From: a virus
Length of the DNA: 64,000 nt
IMG/VR virus record: IMGVR_UViG_3300042940_001100
Span: 32,001 to 96,000 of that record
Direction: 5' to 3' (one strand)
Shown piece after piece: positions 9,239 to 19,919 of the stretch. The position numbers were made by a program, and so were the translations under genes. The notes below the pieces were generated by a model. That model saw nothing but the letters and a program-made list of their open reading frames with translations, did not search any database and had not been told where the DNA came from. The number at the start of each line of letters is the position of its first letter. Positions within the stretch are counted from its first letter, which is position 1.

Positions 9239-12200
9239 TGGCAGAGCAAAATAACAGTACTAGCAGCAATGACTCAAAGAGTTTTGATAAATCACTTAAC
9301 AAAGATGTTAATGATTTTCACTTGCCCACCAATGAATGGAGCGGAGCTAGAAATGCTATAAACAATTCTATCACCGGTGATTTAGGTAAATTAGGTAATG
9401 AACCCGCAAACTTATTATGTCTGACAACAGATTTAAAGTATCCTATAATTGGGTTCATTCATATTATAGAAGATAAATGGGCTGTGTTTTCTACAGACAG
9501 TGTTAATTCTGAAATTGGTCTGTTTGTAGAAAGTAATTGTGGTGTTCCAGATCCTATAAAGAACCCTGCATACAGTGTTGTTGTTAATGCAGCCTGTCTT
9601 AATTTTAAACCGGAGAACCTGATCATAGGTGTTAGCCGTGCTACAAGTACTTGTACATACAAATTATATTGGGATGATGGTCTTAATCCATCTAGAGTAC
9701 TTGAGATTGATGTAGATAATCCTCTTAACAATCTTCCTTTTCTTCCTCCTCCAGCGCCTCCAGGAACTAACAATCCTAACAGTCCTATTCCTTGGGTACA
9801 GAACTGTGTTGATTCAAATGGTCCAGCTCCTGGTGGATGTATCATCTGTACCAACACTCCGGTTCTAGATTGTGATAAGTTAAGACTTGCTCAATTTATG
9901 AGTCCTATTTGTCCTAGAGTAGCTAATGGTGTATCTGGTGGGAATCTTTTAAATGGTTCTTACCTGGTTGCTATGGCGTATGCTATCAAAGGCCAAAAAA
10001 TAAGTGACTGGTATGTATCAAATGTGCAATCTCTATGGACCCAAGGAAATTCATCAGGATCACTTGATGTCTTTATAGATAGCATTGATCTAGATTTTGA
10101 TGAGATTCTAGTTACTCTTATCTCAGTAGTTAATCAACAAGCTGTTGGTAGAGATGCTGGTATATACAGCACACGTCAAACAAGATTAAGCTTTGATATT
10201 ATTAATGATGCTTGGCCGGCTGTTCCTGTGGAGCAACTTCCAATCATGACTCCTATTGTAGATAAGTCAGATGCTATGTATGCAGTAGGTGATTACTTAA
10301 TACGCGTAGGACCAACAAACAAACAAGACTTTAATTATCAACCCTTAGCTAATCAGATAGTAGCTAAGTGGCAATCTGTAGAATATTCCGGAGACTATTA
10401 TGCAAAAGGTGGTAATAAAACTAACTACATGCGCGATGAAGTATATGCATTTTTCATCCAGTGGATTTATGATACAGGTGATAAGTCTGCTTCATATCAT
10501 ATCCCAGGTAGACCGGCTTTTCCTAATGATATTACACCAGCTAATGTTTTAAATGCTTTTACCGGAGATACTCTTAATTGGCAAGTAGAAAATACAGCAA
10601 CAGCTATTCCTATAGCTCCTGTACCTCAATCCGATGGTGGAGTTCTTATAGGAGAAGGTTATATGGGATACTGGGAATCAACTGAATTCTATCCAGATAA
10701 AACACCTCAAATATGGAATGCTGATTCACAATGTTGGTCATCATTAACTCCTAATCTTATACCAAATTGTACAGAACCTATTCCTCCAATTCCTTATCCG
10801 GGAACTGTTGCAGGAAATGCTTCATACAATTTATGTGGGACTCCTATTAGACATCATAAGTTTCCTGAAGACAATCTTACTGCTGAGACTAACCGATACA
10901 ATGCAGGCTTGGGCACCACAATAAGAATCATGGGAGTTAAGTTTGAGAATATCAGAGCTCCTAGAGATAACTCAGGTAATCTTATTCCTGGAATTATTGG
11001 ATATAGAATATTGAGAGGCACGCGTAATGGTAACAAGACTATTATTGCTAAGGGTATGATTAATAACATGCATGAGTATACTGTACCAGGAAGTACTAAG
11101 AGTCACTACATGCCTAACTATCCTTATAATGATCTTGAGGCTGATCCATTCTTAAGTACTACTAAAACATTTACATCATCTTCCTTTAATCCACTAGGTA
11201 ATGGTGGTGGTGTTCAAGGAGATACACCCTTTCCAGGAGGTTTTGGTAGTTTGCAGTTTAGTCCAAACTATGTAACTTTTCATTCACCAGATACTAATTT
11301 TAAAGATCCTTTTTTATCAGCTAAAGAACTTAGAATATATCAAAATATTCATGGTGATGTTACTGGTAAATTTGAATTATCTGAGAAGCATCCTAGAGAA
11401 AAGCTTATGACAGATTATGTATTTTTAGTATCTGCTATAGGTGGTTTAGGAATTGCTGCTTTAAACTTAAATGGTGAAAGAACAACTAATACTAATGTAC
11501 CAAATTATCAAGGATTTTCTTATAGAGAGTTGTATTCTAAGACAGCTGATTATGATTTAGACCATGGGGGAACTAATACTTTACAACCAGGTGGCATACA
11601 AACCTATGGCCCAGCAATGCCGAATGCTGGAACATTAACTCAAACTACGGGTGCAACCACAAATGTAAATGAGAATACTACTGGTGATGTTACAAATTCT
11701 GCACCTATTAAAGCCGGTTTTGCTTCTGGACCAGATCCTGACTTTTGGGATACACTTCTAATACAAGGTCCTTTAATAACGCAACTTGGATTCTTTAATG
11801 CATATGCGGGCACAGTGGGTTTGAGCAATCTTATAGGTGCTACTACTGGTTCAGGAGGTCCGGCTGATAGTTTAAAAACTCAAGCTGGTTTAATGAATAA
11901 TGATGCGGCTATCTTTAATGCGGGTGGCTCTTGGGCATACGGTACTACTAATATATCTTACAAGGATGGTCAACAAAATAGAATTCCAAGTTTTTTAAAT
12001 ACAGTTGTAGCACTTCCTACATTCTTAAATTACTTTAGTGATGGTACTGATAGTTTTATAAGATTGATTTTAGCTATTTTAAGATATAGAGATTATGCTG
12101 TAAGATATCATTCACATGGTTTTTATAATAAGACAGATTTAAAACCTACTGTTTTTAGAACTACTTTAGCTTCTCAACAATATATTGATCCTGAAATACT

Positions 12201-14634
12201 AGATTATCAACCAGGAGTAGTTGTTAATAATTTATATAGACAAAGAACTGTTGTCTTAGAGATGGGAAAATCCTTTGGTGTAGATATAGCTCCGCCACCA
12301 GTTATTGATAAAACTAGATATGATGCGGCAGGCTTAACTGCTCCTGGTTTTTGGGATGTTAATATATTTAATAATCCTATATATACTATAGAAGATTTAT
12401 GTTCAAAAGAAATTACAGGATCTCAAACTAAAAATAATGGTCAAATATGTTCATCTTATTATGCTGCTTTAAAAGTAAGAATAGATAATCAATATGGACA
12501 ACTTAATAGAATAGTACAAGTTCCTATTGATAATTGTTATGTACCGGTTACAATTAATAAAGTAACTAAACAAATTGTTCCTGGAAAAGGTAACTTTACA
12601 AAGTCTTTATTTGGTGGAGATACTTATGTAAATAGATATACAGAAAAGAATAACTTTCAATTCTTTTATGATTGGTTATATGGAGAACCAGAAGGTGCAC
12701 AATTTAATTACCAGCAGCACAATATGATTCCATATCCTAAGTATTGGGCTAATTTTAATAAGTTTCAGACTAGTGATTTTACAACATCTTTTACAGCATT
12801 TTTAATTAATCCTGTTAACTGGCCTAATATAGGTAATCCGGGAACAATAATTACTCCTAGAGATTATTATGCATTAGATGGTCCTGGTAATTCTGGACCA
12901 TGGGTTACTAATATTAAAGATAATTTTAGATTTGATAAGAGAGGTTGGTTCTATTTATTTAATTCTGGTATCAGAGACTTCTTTGTAGAGAGTGAGATAA
13001 ATCTAGCACAGCGTGAGCGCGGAGAGCTACAAGCTGAAAGATTTTACAATCCTTACTTTGGAGGAAACTCAAAAGATCTAACAACAACTGATATTATTAA
13101 AGTAGGTAATTATTATAAGTATGATGAGTCATTAAGTATAGCTAAGTTATTTATTAACTATGCATCTTGGGCATCAACTCAATCACCAAGTTATAATCCT
13201 TATATAGCAGAGACTTGTTTTCTGTATCAACCTAAAAGAGTTATCTATTCTTTACCAGCTCAGTTTGAAGGATTAAGAGATGGATGGAAAATCTTCTTAC
13301 CTAATAACTATCAAGATTTTCTTAATATTGTTACTTGTATAAAGCCTGTAAATAAAAGTGGTGCTATGATATTCTTTGATGCAGCTAGTCCTGTTCAATT
13401 TCAAGGCACTGATCAATTACAAACAGACTTAGGTACCAAGCTTACTATTGGTGATGGTGGATTATTTACTCAACCTCTACAAGCTCTTATTAATGTTGAT
13501 GCATCTCATGAGTATGCTAGTTGTCAAAATAGATTAAGTGTTATTAATACACCAGCTGGTTTATTCTGGATGAGTCAAAACCAAGGTAAAGTATTTAGTC
13601 TTGCTGATGGTATCAAGGAAGTTTCTAATATTAATCTTAAGTGGTGGTTTGCAAAATATTTACCTTATAAGATCATAGAAGATTTTCCTGATTTTGCACT
13701 AATAGATAATCCTGTAATAGGTGTAGGATGTCAATCTATTTATGATAATCAAAATGGCTTAATTTATTTCTGTAAAAAAGATTATATTTTAAGAAAAGAT
13801 ATAACTGAGACTCTTACTTATGTTGGATCAAATAAATTTAAAGTAGTTGAAACAGGCGCTCCTGTTATACTTGGTAATCCTTTATTCTTTGAAGATGCTA
13901 GTTGGACAATAAGTTATGATCCTAAAACTGGAGGTTGGTTAAGTCAACATGATTGGCACCCAACATTAAACATGCCGGGTAAGAATACTTTCATGACAGT
14001 TAATCCTACAGATAAGAAAGGTATATGGATACACAATACAAGATGTGATCTTTATGCTAATTACTATGGTAAGAATTATCCTTTTGAAGTAGAGTTCATA
14101 GTTAACAGTGGACAGCAAATTAATACTCTAAGAAGTATTGAGTACATCATGGAGGTTTATAAGTACGCGGAGAATTGTTATGATAGATTCCATGTATTAG
14201 ATTTCAACTTTGATGAAGCTGTTATTTACAACACGGAGCAGGTCTCAGGTTTACTTAAGTTAAATCTTAGCCCACTGAATAATCCATTTGGTTTATTAAA
14301 CTATCCTGTTGTAGGCCCAACTGATATTCAGATCCTATTTACTAAGAAAGAGAACAAATACAGATTTAATCAGTTCTGGGATATTACAGATGATAGAGGA
14401 GAATTCTTCAATCCAGCTATTCCAGGATTTGCTCAAAGACCTATTTGGGATACCAAACCAAATGGTTATATTAGAACTCTGAATCCTAGTAACTTAAATT
14501 ATAGTAAAGATCCTTTTCAAAGAAAAAAATTCAGACACTACACTGTCTCTGTTTTATTAAGAAGAAAAGTATCCGGAGATAAGAAGATGCTAGTGATGAT
14601 AGCAAATGTTAAGAACCTTTATTCACCAAGATAA
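9238..14634 (+). CDS. Tail stabilisation (P22 gp10-like / crAss muzzle) protein
   Basis: 1798 aa. Motifs LYWDDGLNPSR, YMRDEVYAFFI, IRHHKFP, FHSPD, FGGDTYV, SWTISY...W.S.HDW; follows the tubular genes. Confidence 0.75.
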   Translation: MAEQNNSTSSNDSKSFDKSLNKDVNDFHLPTNEWSGARNAINNSITGDLGKLGNEPANLLCLTTDLKYPIIGFIHIIEDKWAVFSTDSVNSEIGLFVESNCGVPDPIKNPAYSVVVNAACLNFKPENLIIGVSRATSTCTYKLYWDDGLNPSRVLEIDVDNPLNNLPFLPPPAPPGTNNPNSPIPWVQNCVDSNGPAPGGCIICTNTPVLDCDKLRLAQFMSPICPRVANGVSGGNLLNGSYLVAMAYAIKGQKISDWYVSNVQSLWTQGNSSGSLDVFIDSIDLDFDEILVTLISVVNQQAVGRDAGIYSTRQTRLSFDIINDAWPAVPVEQLPIMTPIVDKSDAMYAVGDYLIRVGPTNKQDFNYQPLANQIVAKWQSVEYSGDYYAKGGNKTNYMRDEVYAFFIQWIYDTGDKSASYHIPGRPAFPNDITPANVLNAFTGDTLNWQVENTATAIPIAPVPQSDGGVLIGEGYMGYWESTEFYPDKTPQIWNADSQCWSSLTPNLIPNCTEPIPPIPYPGTVAGNASYNLCGTPIRHHKFPEDNLTAETNRYNAGLGTTIRIMGVKFENIRAPRDNSGNLIPGIIGYRILRGTRNGNKTIIAKGMINNMHEYTVPGSTKSHYMPNYPYNDLEADPFLSTTKTFTSSSFNPLGNGGGVQGDTPFPGGFGSLQFSPNYVTFHSPDTNFKDPFLSAKELRIYQNIHGDVTGKFELSEKHPREKLMTDYVFLVSAIGGLGIAALNLNGERTTNTNVPNYQGFSYRELYSKTADYDLDHGGTNTLQPGGIQTYGPAMPNAGTLTQTTGATTNVNENTTGDVTNSAPIKAGFASGPDPDFWDTLLIQGPLITQLGFFNAYAGTVGLSNLIGATTGSGGPADSLKTQAGLMNNDAAIFNAGGSWAYGTTNISYKDGQQNRIPSFLNTVVALPTFLNYFSDGTDSFIRLILAILRYRDYAVRYHSHGFYNKTDLKPTVFRTTLASQQYIDPEILDYQPGVVVNNLYRQRTVVLEMGKSFGVDIAPPPVIDKTRYDAAGLTAPGFWDVNIFNNPIYTIEDLCSKEITGSQTKNNGQICSSYYAALKVRIDNQYGQLNRIVQVPIDNCYVPVTINKVTKQIVPGKGNFTKSLFGGDTYVNRYTEKNNFQFFYDWLYGEPEGAQFNYQQHNMIPYPKYWANFNKFQTSDFTTSFTAFLINPVNWPNIGNPGTIITPRDYYALDGPGNSGPWVTNIKDNFRFDKRGWFYLFNSGIRDFFVESEINLAQRERGELQAERFYNPYFGGNSKDLTTTDIIKVGNYYKYDESLSIAKLFINYASWASTQSPSYNPYIAETCFLYQPKRVIYSLPAQFEGLRDGWKIFLPNNYQDFLNIVTCIKPVNKSGAMIFFDAASPVQFQGTDQLQTDLGTKLTIGDGGLFTQPLQALINVDASHEYASCQNRLSVINTPAGLFWMSQNQGKVFSLADGIKEVSNINLKWWFAKYLPYKIIEDFPDFALIDNPVIGVGCQSIYDNQNGLIYFCKKDYILRKDITETLTYVGSNKFKVVETGAPVILGNPLFFEDASWTISYDPKTGGWLSQHDWHPTLNMPGKNTFMTVNPTDKKGIWIHNTRCDLYANYYGKNYPFEVEFIVNSGQQINTLRSIEYIMEVYKYAENCYDRFHVLDFNFDEAVIYNTEQVSGLLKLNLSPLNNPFGLLNYPVVGPTDIQILFTKKENKYRFNQFWDITDDRGEFFNPAIPGFAQRPIWDTKPNGYIRTLNPSNLNYSKDPFQRKKFRHYTVSVLLRRKVSGDKKMLVMIANVKNLYSPR

Positions 14635-17600
14635 TGAAGCAGAACAAAGTACCTAAGAATGAATACACAAACGGGGAACCTTCTCCTTATAGAAAGAACC
14701 CTTTCAATAAAGATGTATTCTATGGAGATGATGGTCAATATGCACACCCTGGTCAAGTAACTAGAATACCTGGTGATGCTTTTGGTACTCATATAACAAT
14801 GAAAGGTATCAATCAACCTTTGTATGCAAGAGATGATCAAGGTAATGAACAGATGATGCAACCTGGTGAAGACTATACTTTTCCAGGACAGTATGTTACT
14901 GAGTATCCTCAAATACAAACAGCTCAATATGGTGAACAATTTAATACTTATGAAGCAGATCTTATATCTAAAGTATTAATGAATAGAAACAGAGATAAAG
15001 ACTTTGTTAAAAGAGCTTATGATGTAGGAGCTTATCCTGATTCTAATATGTTTACAGGATTAGATACAGAAGATTTTGGAAATAGAATGAGTCATAAAAT
15101 GTCTTGGGGTGAAGATGATTCTGGACAAGCTTATATGTATCCTGATATTTATAATCCTAACAATGAAGCTATAAAAGTTCCTAATCAATATGCAGATTAT
15201 ATATCTTCTGAAGGATATAAAAAAGCTACAGGAATGCCTGTTAAAAAATATGGTGGTGGACTTTTAAACAAGACTCTCACTTGTCCTAGTTGTGGTTGGT
15301 CTTGGAAAGCTGCAGATGGTGGTAAAGATATTGCAACATGTCATAAATGTGGAGGTACAGCTAAACTAGCTTATGGTGGAATACCTATGGCTCAAGAAGG
15401 ATTTGAAAATCAAGAAGATCCTATAGCTCATCTTAAGTGGGGTAAGTATATTGATGATCCTAACAGAAGAAAACAACACATAGTTGATGTTTATCAATAT
15501 CTTATGGATTCAAGATGGGATCCTAAGAATATTGTATCTTTTATGAAAAATGTAGGTGGCTATGGTTCTAAAAGCAGAGGGTCTCTTGCTAAGAGTGGAG
15601 CTGATTGGGGTTGGGATAATGAAGATATTACCAATGAAGTTTTAGGAGAAGCTTGGGATGACTATTACAACAAAGTAAGAAAGATTAAAAGCAAGCAAGC
15701 TTATGGCGGAAATCCTTCTCTACCTAACATAGAAAGTCATTATCAAAAAGGGGGCACTAAAATTTATACAGATAAAGCATTATTTGATAAAGCATACAAA
15801 GCTGAAACAGATAGTTTAAATCTTTATAATTTATCTAATCAATTAGTAAGAGGTAACTATGGATTTTCAGATAATTATGAATTTCCAGCAAATCCTAAAT
15901 ATTGGGAAGATTATAAAATTAAGTATAATCCTTCTGGTTTTACAAAAGACATTAATAATAATAAAATACCAATAGGTAGTAATAATACTAGAAAAGAAGT
16001 AGAAGCAAGTCTTAAAAGAAAAATTAAACCTCTTGGTTATACTTATTCTGATTTTGCGGTACCGGTATATAAAAAACCAGTAATACATAATGTATATCAA
16101 GAACCTGTACCAGAAGCTGTCAAAGAACAACCTAAGAAAACAGAAGCTTCTAAGAAAGATTATCATCACAGACAAGTTGATTTCAGTAGTCCTTATGGTG
16201 CAGTGATGAAGTACTATGATGAGGCAGGAAAAGTAATAAGAGAAGAACCTTACAAAAAACCTTTTGGTGGTATACATAGTAAGACTCATACTCACATGCA
16301 AGAAGGTGGATGGTTAGATGACCTAGACAAATATCAAGGAGGCGGCTGGGATGAAAACTTTCAAAGACCTGGACCAGTTGCTGAAAACTCTATACCTGTT
16401 GCTAGCCCATCTTTTAATCCTAAAATATCACAAGAGTTTATACAGCAAAATGTTACTCCTTATTCTTATCAACTACCTCCTTTAAGAACTTTTAAAGATT
16501 TTAAAGGAAAAAGATCTAGTCCTGCTGTAGATTATAAGGATTACCTGGATTATAAATGGCATAGTGATAGAAATGATTTAGAATCAGCCGAAGATCTATA
16601 TCAAAGGAGAGGAGAATGGGAGAATGAGATATTAGGATCAGAATTCTTAAAAGACCCTGAAATAAAAGCTTTTACAAAACTAGATAGGCTAGATGATGTT
16701 TATTATGATAAAAGTAAAGAAAACCAATATTATATTCCAAGTGGCAAAAAAATAAAACTTACACAAGGCAGATATAATCTTGGTAAGATTGATACAGGTC
16801 TTATAGATGAGGTTGTAAAAAAAGCTAAACAATACGGTGTTGATCCTTTAGATATATTATCAATTGCTGGTAGAGAATCTACTTTTGGACAACCTTATGG
16901 TGACCCAAGTAGTGTGAGACGAGAGAATGATTTAACAGAAGTATTTAGTGCCTGGGCAAATTCTGAGGCAAATGATGGTAATTTTTATAACTACTTTGGA
17001 AAAAAGAAACATCCAGGACTAAAGTTGGTAAAAAATAAAAGTGGATGGAACTACCGTCCTGAAGATGAAAGCAAAAAAACTCAAATATTTACTCAAGAGG
17101 ATGTAGATGAGTATTTAAAGTACAGACAAGAACAAGAAAAAATAAAATCTAAAGATAATGCTTTAGATTTTGTAGCAAAGAAGATAAAGAACAAGGAGCT
17201 TCATAAGTATAATCCTGGAGATCCTGATTATCAAAATAAACTTGCTAATGAGAAAAAACTTTTAGCTCAAGAAAAAGAGTTGATGAAATATCTTAAAAGT
17301 AACAAAGAAGATCAATTAACAACTAAACAATATGGTGGCTGGCTAGATGAACTAGATGAAGAATACAGAAGAGGTGGTATGGTTAATCCTCTAATGAAAT
17401 CTAGAAGTAAGAGATCAGGAACATCTAAGAATATCCAGTCTTCTATTAATAAGCTCTTCTTAAGAAACCGTGATATATTTGGACCAGGTGGTAAGAATAT
17501 TTATGATCCAAAATCTAAGTATCAAGATGGTGGAGATCTTCCTAAAGCTCAGCTAGGAGCTCTTCTAAAGAAAGGTGCAAAGGCTGCATTAAAAGTTGCT

Positions 17601-19901
17601 AAGTCTGCATCACCTCACGGAAGTTGGACTCATGTAGAAGCTATAAAACCAAGAACAAAACTTGAAAAAGTTATTGATGTAACAAAAAGCTTAGCTAAAG
17701 ATGTAGCTCATAATGTTGACAAAAAAATAGTAACACCTATTCAGTTTAGAAAAGACATAAAGCAAATAAAAAACAAAGCTGCTAAACAGCATGAGTATTT
17801 TCAAAAACCTGAAGTTGTAAAAAAACTAGAAGATATTGGAGCAAGTCCTTCTGCTATAAAATTTTTGCAAAGACCTAACCAGGTTGATCTATCTTTTGTA
17901 CCTAACATTGGAAGTCATTATGATACAGTATTTGATCATATAAACATAGACATGAGACAAGCAAAAAAGTTGTCTAAAAAGCTTGGTATGACACCAATGC
18001 AAGCTTATGAACATGAGTTAGGTCATAAAATACAACAAAATATAGATCTAGGTTCTGCTGAGTTTCAACAAAAATATGCTAAGTATAAAAAAGATCTTGA
18101 AGACTATACTATTAGAAAAGGTTTACAAAGTAATACATCTAGTTTAGATCCTATGGCTGTAAGAAACATGTCAGACTTTGTAAAGAACATGGATATTCCA
18201 CTGCCTCCTAGAGCTACATCTAAACCTACTCTTTTAGATAAACAAGCTGCTGGTATGCTTAGACTTAGAGCTAAGGATAAAAAATTACTTACACCAGAAG
18301 AAAAGAAAATACTTCATTACTACCACTCTGAATATCCAGATCAAGGTATATCAAAAATAGGTTATGATATAGAACATGGTGCAGAAAGAGTTCCTCATTT
18401 AAGAGAGATGAGACAAGCTATGATTGATAAAGGTCATATAGAAAATGAACTATCACCTATTACTGAAGATATTGTAAGAAACTTTATTAAAGAAAATCCT
18501 AGTAACAGAATAGCTCAGTTCATGGATCCTAACTTTAACATTAACTATAAAAAGCTTGTTAAGACATTTAAACATTTGCCAGCTCTTGCTCCTATTGGAA
18601 TAGGTGCTGCTGCTTTACAAGAAGAAAAAGATGGAGGTTGGTTAGACAAAGCTCAACTTGGTAAAATTATAACTAGACCTTTAACACTACTTACCAAAAC
18701 AGAAATGTTAAGTAAAAAAGGTAAAAATATGGGTTATAGAAAAATAGGTAATGTTGCTGGCTTACAAGATCTTATTAGAAAAAAAGGTGCACAAGCTCCT
18801 GCTCCCATGAAAATGAGATCTGGTTTATATGCAGATACACCATTTTTTGGAATGGGTAAAAAACCTAATGAAAATTATAAAGGTATTTATGCAGTAGAGG
18901 TAGATCCTCATAATCCAAAATATAACTGGACATCAAGAGTTGCTGGAACAGATAATTTAGGAGTAGCACCTATAAATCCTAAAACAGGAGAGCTTATTAA
19001 AAACATTCCACTAGAAGACTTAAATGTTTATAGAAAAAAATGGTTTAGTGATAATTATAAAAGGCTAGATCCAGAAAATCTAGAAGAAGGTTTAAAAAAT
19101 GCAAAGTTACAATCAGGATTAGAAAATGCTTGGAAGTGGGGTGTAAGAGGTACTGCTGCTGTTGCTGCTCATGATTATATGTCAAAGGATAGTGATGATT
19201 GGGCACCTCAAATACAAAACTATCTAAACATAAAACAAAAAGGTGGAAACAATATTAGTGAAAGCACTTTTGTAAGAAAGCCTATAGTAAATATTAAAAA
19301 ACCAAATAGACAACCAACAGCTGATGACTTAGCTTGGTATAGTATGATGGCTGCTCAAGAAAGACAACCAGATGTCTTACAACAAAAACAAGCACAAGGA
19401 AAAGGTAGCAAAGCTTGGGATATTATGATGAATCCTTTTACTGCTGCCGGTCACATGTATCAACATGGATCAATTCCTGATAATTTTACACAAGGTCCAA
19501 CAAGTGCATTAGATATAGCACCTCAGTTTGTTAACCCTGTCACTTATGCTGAGATGATTTACAACACAGGAAAAGCAGCAGTTAACCCACAGACTTACAA
19601 AGACATGGCAAAAACTGCACAAGGTTTAGGTATGAAAGCTATGGGTAAAGAAGGTCCTGAAGGTTGGCAAGAAGCCGGACTTAATACTTTAGGTATGGGT
19701 ATAGATGCAGTATTTGCTTTACCAGGTGTAAAAATGGCAAAAGGTCTTAAGAAAAATATTAGTAAGTCTATAAACAAGTCTATCAATAAGACAGCTAAGG
19801 GTATAAAAAAAGGAGTAAGTGAGAATATGAGAAATTATCCAGGGCCAGCAATTACTCCAACTAACTTTAAAACAGGTGGCTGGCTTGATAATTTACATTA
19901 A
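14634..19901 (+). CDS. Multi-domain cargo/polyvalent protein (Zn ribbon, lysozyme-like, zincin, possible ART-like) with repeated GG motifs
   Basis: 1755 aa. CPSC...CHKC (15282-15356); AKQYGVDPLDILSIAGRESTFG (SLT/lysozyme-like Glu motif, ~16812-16890); HELGH (~18012-18026); GYRKIG...TPFF (~18731-18850). Confidence 0.6.
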   Translation: MKQNKVPKNEYTNGEPSPYRKNPFNKDVFYGDDGQYAHPGQVTRIPGDAFGTHITMKGINQPLYARDDQGNEQMMQPGEDYTFPGQYVTEYPQIQTAQYGEQFNTYEADLISKVLMNRNRDKDFVKRAYDVGAYPDSNMFTGLDTEDFGNRMSHKMSWGEDDSGQAYMYPDIYNPNNEAIKVPNQYADYISSEGYKKATGMPVKKYGGGLLNKTLTCPSCGWSWKAADGGKDIATCHKCGGTAKLAYGGIPMAQEGFENQEDPIAHLKWGKYIDDPNRRKQHIVDVYQYLMDSRWDPKNIVSFMKNVGGYGSKSRGSLAKSGADWGWDNEDITNEVLGEAWDDYYNKVRKIKSKQAYGGNPSLPNIESHYQKGGTKIYTDKALFDKAYKAETDSLNLYNLSNQLVRGNYGFSDNYEFPANPKYWEDYKIKYNPSGFTKDINNNKIPIGSNNTRKEVEASLKRKIKPLGYTYSDFAVPVYKKPVIHNVYQEPVPEAVKEQPKKTEASKKDYHHRQVDFSSPYGAVMKYYDEAGKVIREEPYKKPFGGIHSKTHTHMQEGGWLDDLDKYQGGGWDENFQRPGPVAENSIPVASPSFNPKISQEFIQQNVTPYSYQLPPLRTFKDFKGKRSSPAVDYKDYLDYKWHSDRNDLESAEDLYQRRGEWENEILGSEFLKDPEIKAFTKLDRLDDVYYDKSKENQYYIPSGKKIKLTQGRYNLGKIDTGLIDEVVKKAKQYGVDPLDILSIAGRESTFGQPYGDPSSVRRENDLTEVFSAWANSEANDGNFYNYFGKKKHPGLKLVKNKSGWNYRPEDESKKTQIFTQEDVDEYLKYRQEQEKIKSKDNALDFVAKKIKNKELHKYNPGDPDYQNKLANEKKLLAQEKELMKYLKSNKEDQLTTKQYGGWLDELDEEYRRGGMVNPLMKSRSKRSGTSKNIQSSINKLFLRNRDIFGPGGKNIYDPKSKYQDGGDLPKAQLGALLKKGAKAALKVAKSASPHGSWTHVEAIKPRTKLEKVIDVTKSLAKDVAHNVDKKIVTPIQFRKDIKQIKNKAAKQHEYFQKPEVVKKLEDIGASPSAIKFLQRPNQVDLSFVPNIGSHYDTVFDHINIDMRQAKKLSKKLGMTPMQAYEHELGHKIQQNIDLGSAEFQQKYAKYKKDLEDYTIRKGLQSNTSSLDPMAVRNMSDFVKNMDIPLPPRATSKPTLLDKQAAGMLRLRAKDKKLLTPEEKKILHYYHSEYPDQGISKIGYDIEHGAERVPHLREMRQAMIDKGHIENELSPITEDIVRNFIKENPSNRIAQFMDPNFNINYKKLVKTFKHLPALAPIGIGAAALQEEKDGGWLDKAQLGKIITRPLTLLTKTEMLSKKGKNMGYRKIGNVAGLQDLIRKKGAQAPAPMKMRSGLYADTPFFGMGKKPNENYKGIYAVEVDPHNPKYNWTSRVAGTDNLGVAPINPKTGELIKNIPLEDLNVYRKKWFSDNYKRLDPENLEEGLKNAKLQSGLENAWKWGVRGTAAVAAHDYMSKDSDDWAPQIQNYLNIKQKGGNNISESTFVRKPIVNIKKPNRQPTADDLAWYSMMAAQERQPDVLQQKQAQGKGSKAWDIMMNPFTAAGHMYQHGSIPDNFTQGPTSALDIAPQFVNPVTYAEMIYNTGKAAVNPQTYKDMAKTAQGLGMKAMGKEGPEGWQEAGLNTLGMGIDAVFALPGVKMAKGLKKNISKSINKSINKTAKGIKKGVSENMRNYPGPAITPTNFKTGGWLDNLH

Positions 19902-19915
19902 TTTTAATATATTTG
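19884..19915 (+). promoter_or_regulatory. Bacteroidota sigma-A type promoter (-33/-7)
   Basis: TTG(19885-19887)-N20-TATATTTG(19908-19915), 4 nt upstream of ATG 19920. Matches the established TTTG/TAnnTTTG consensus. Confidence 0.55.
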
Positions 19916-19919
19916 TACT

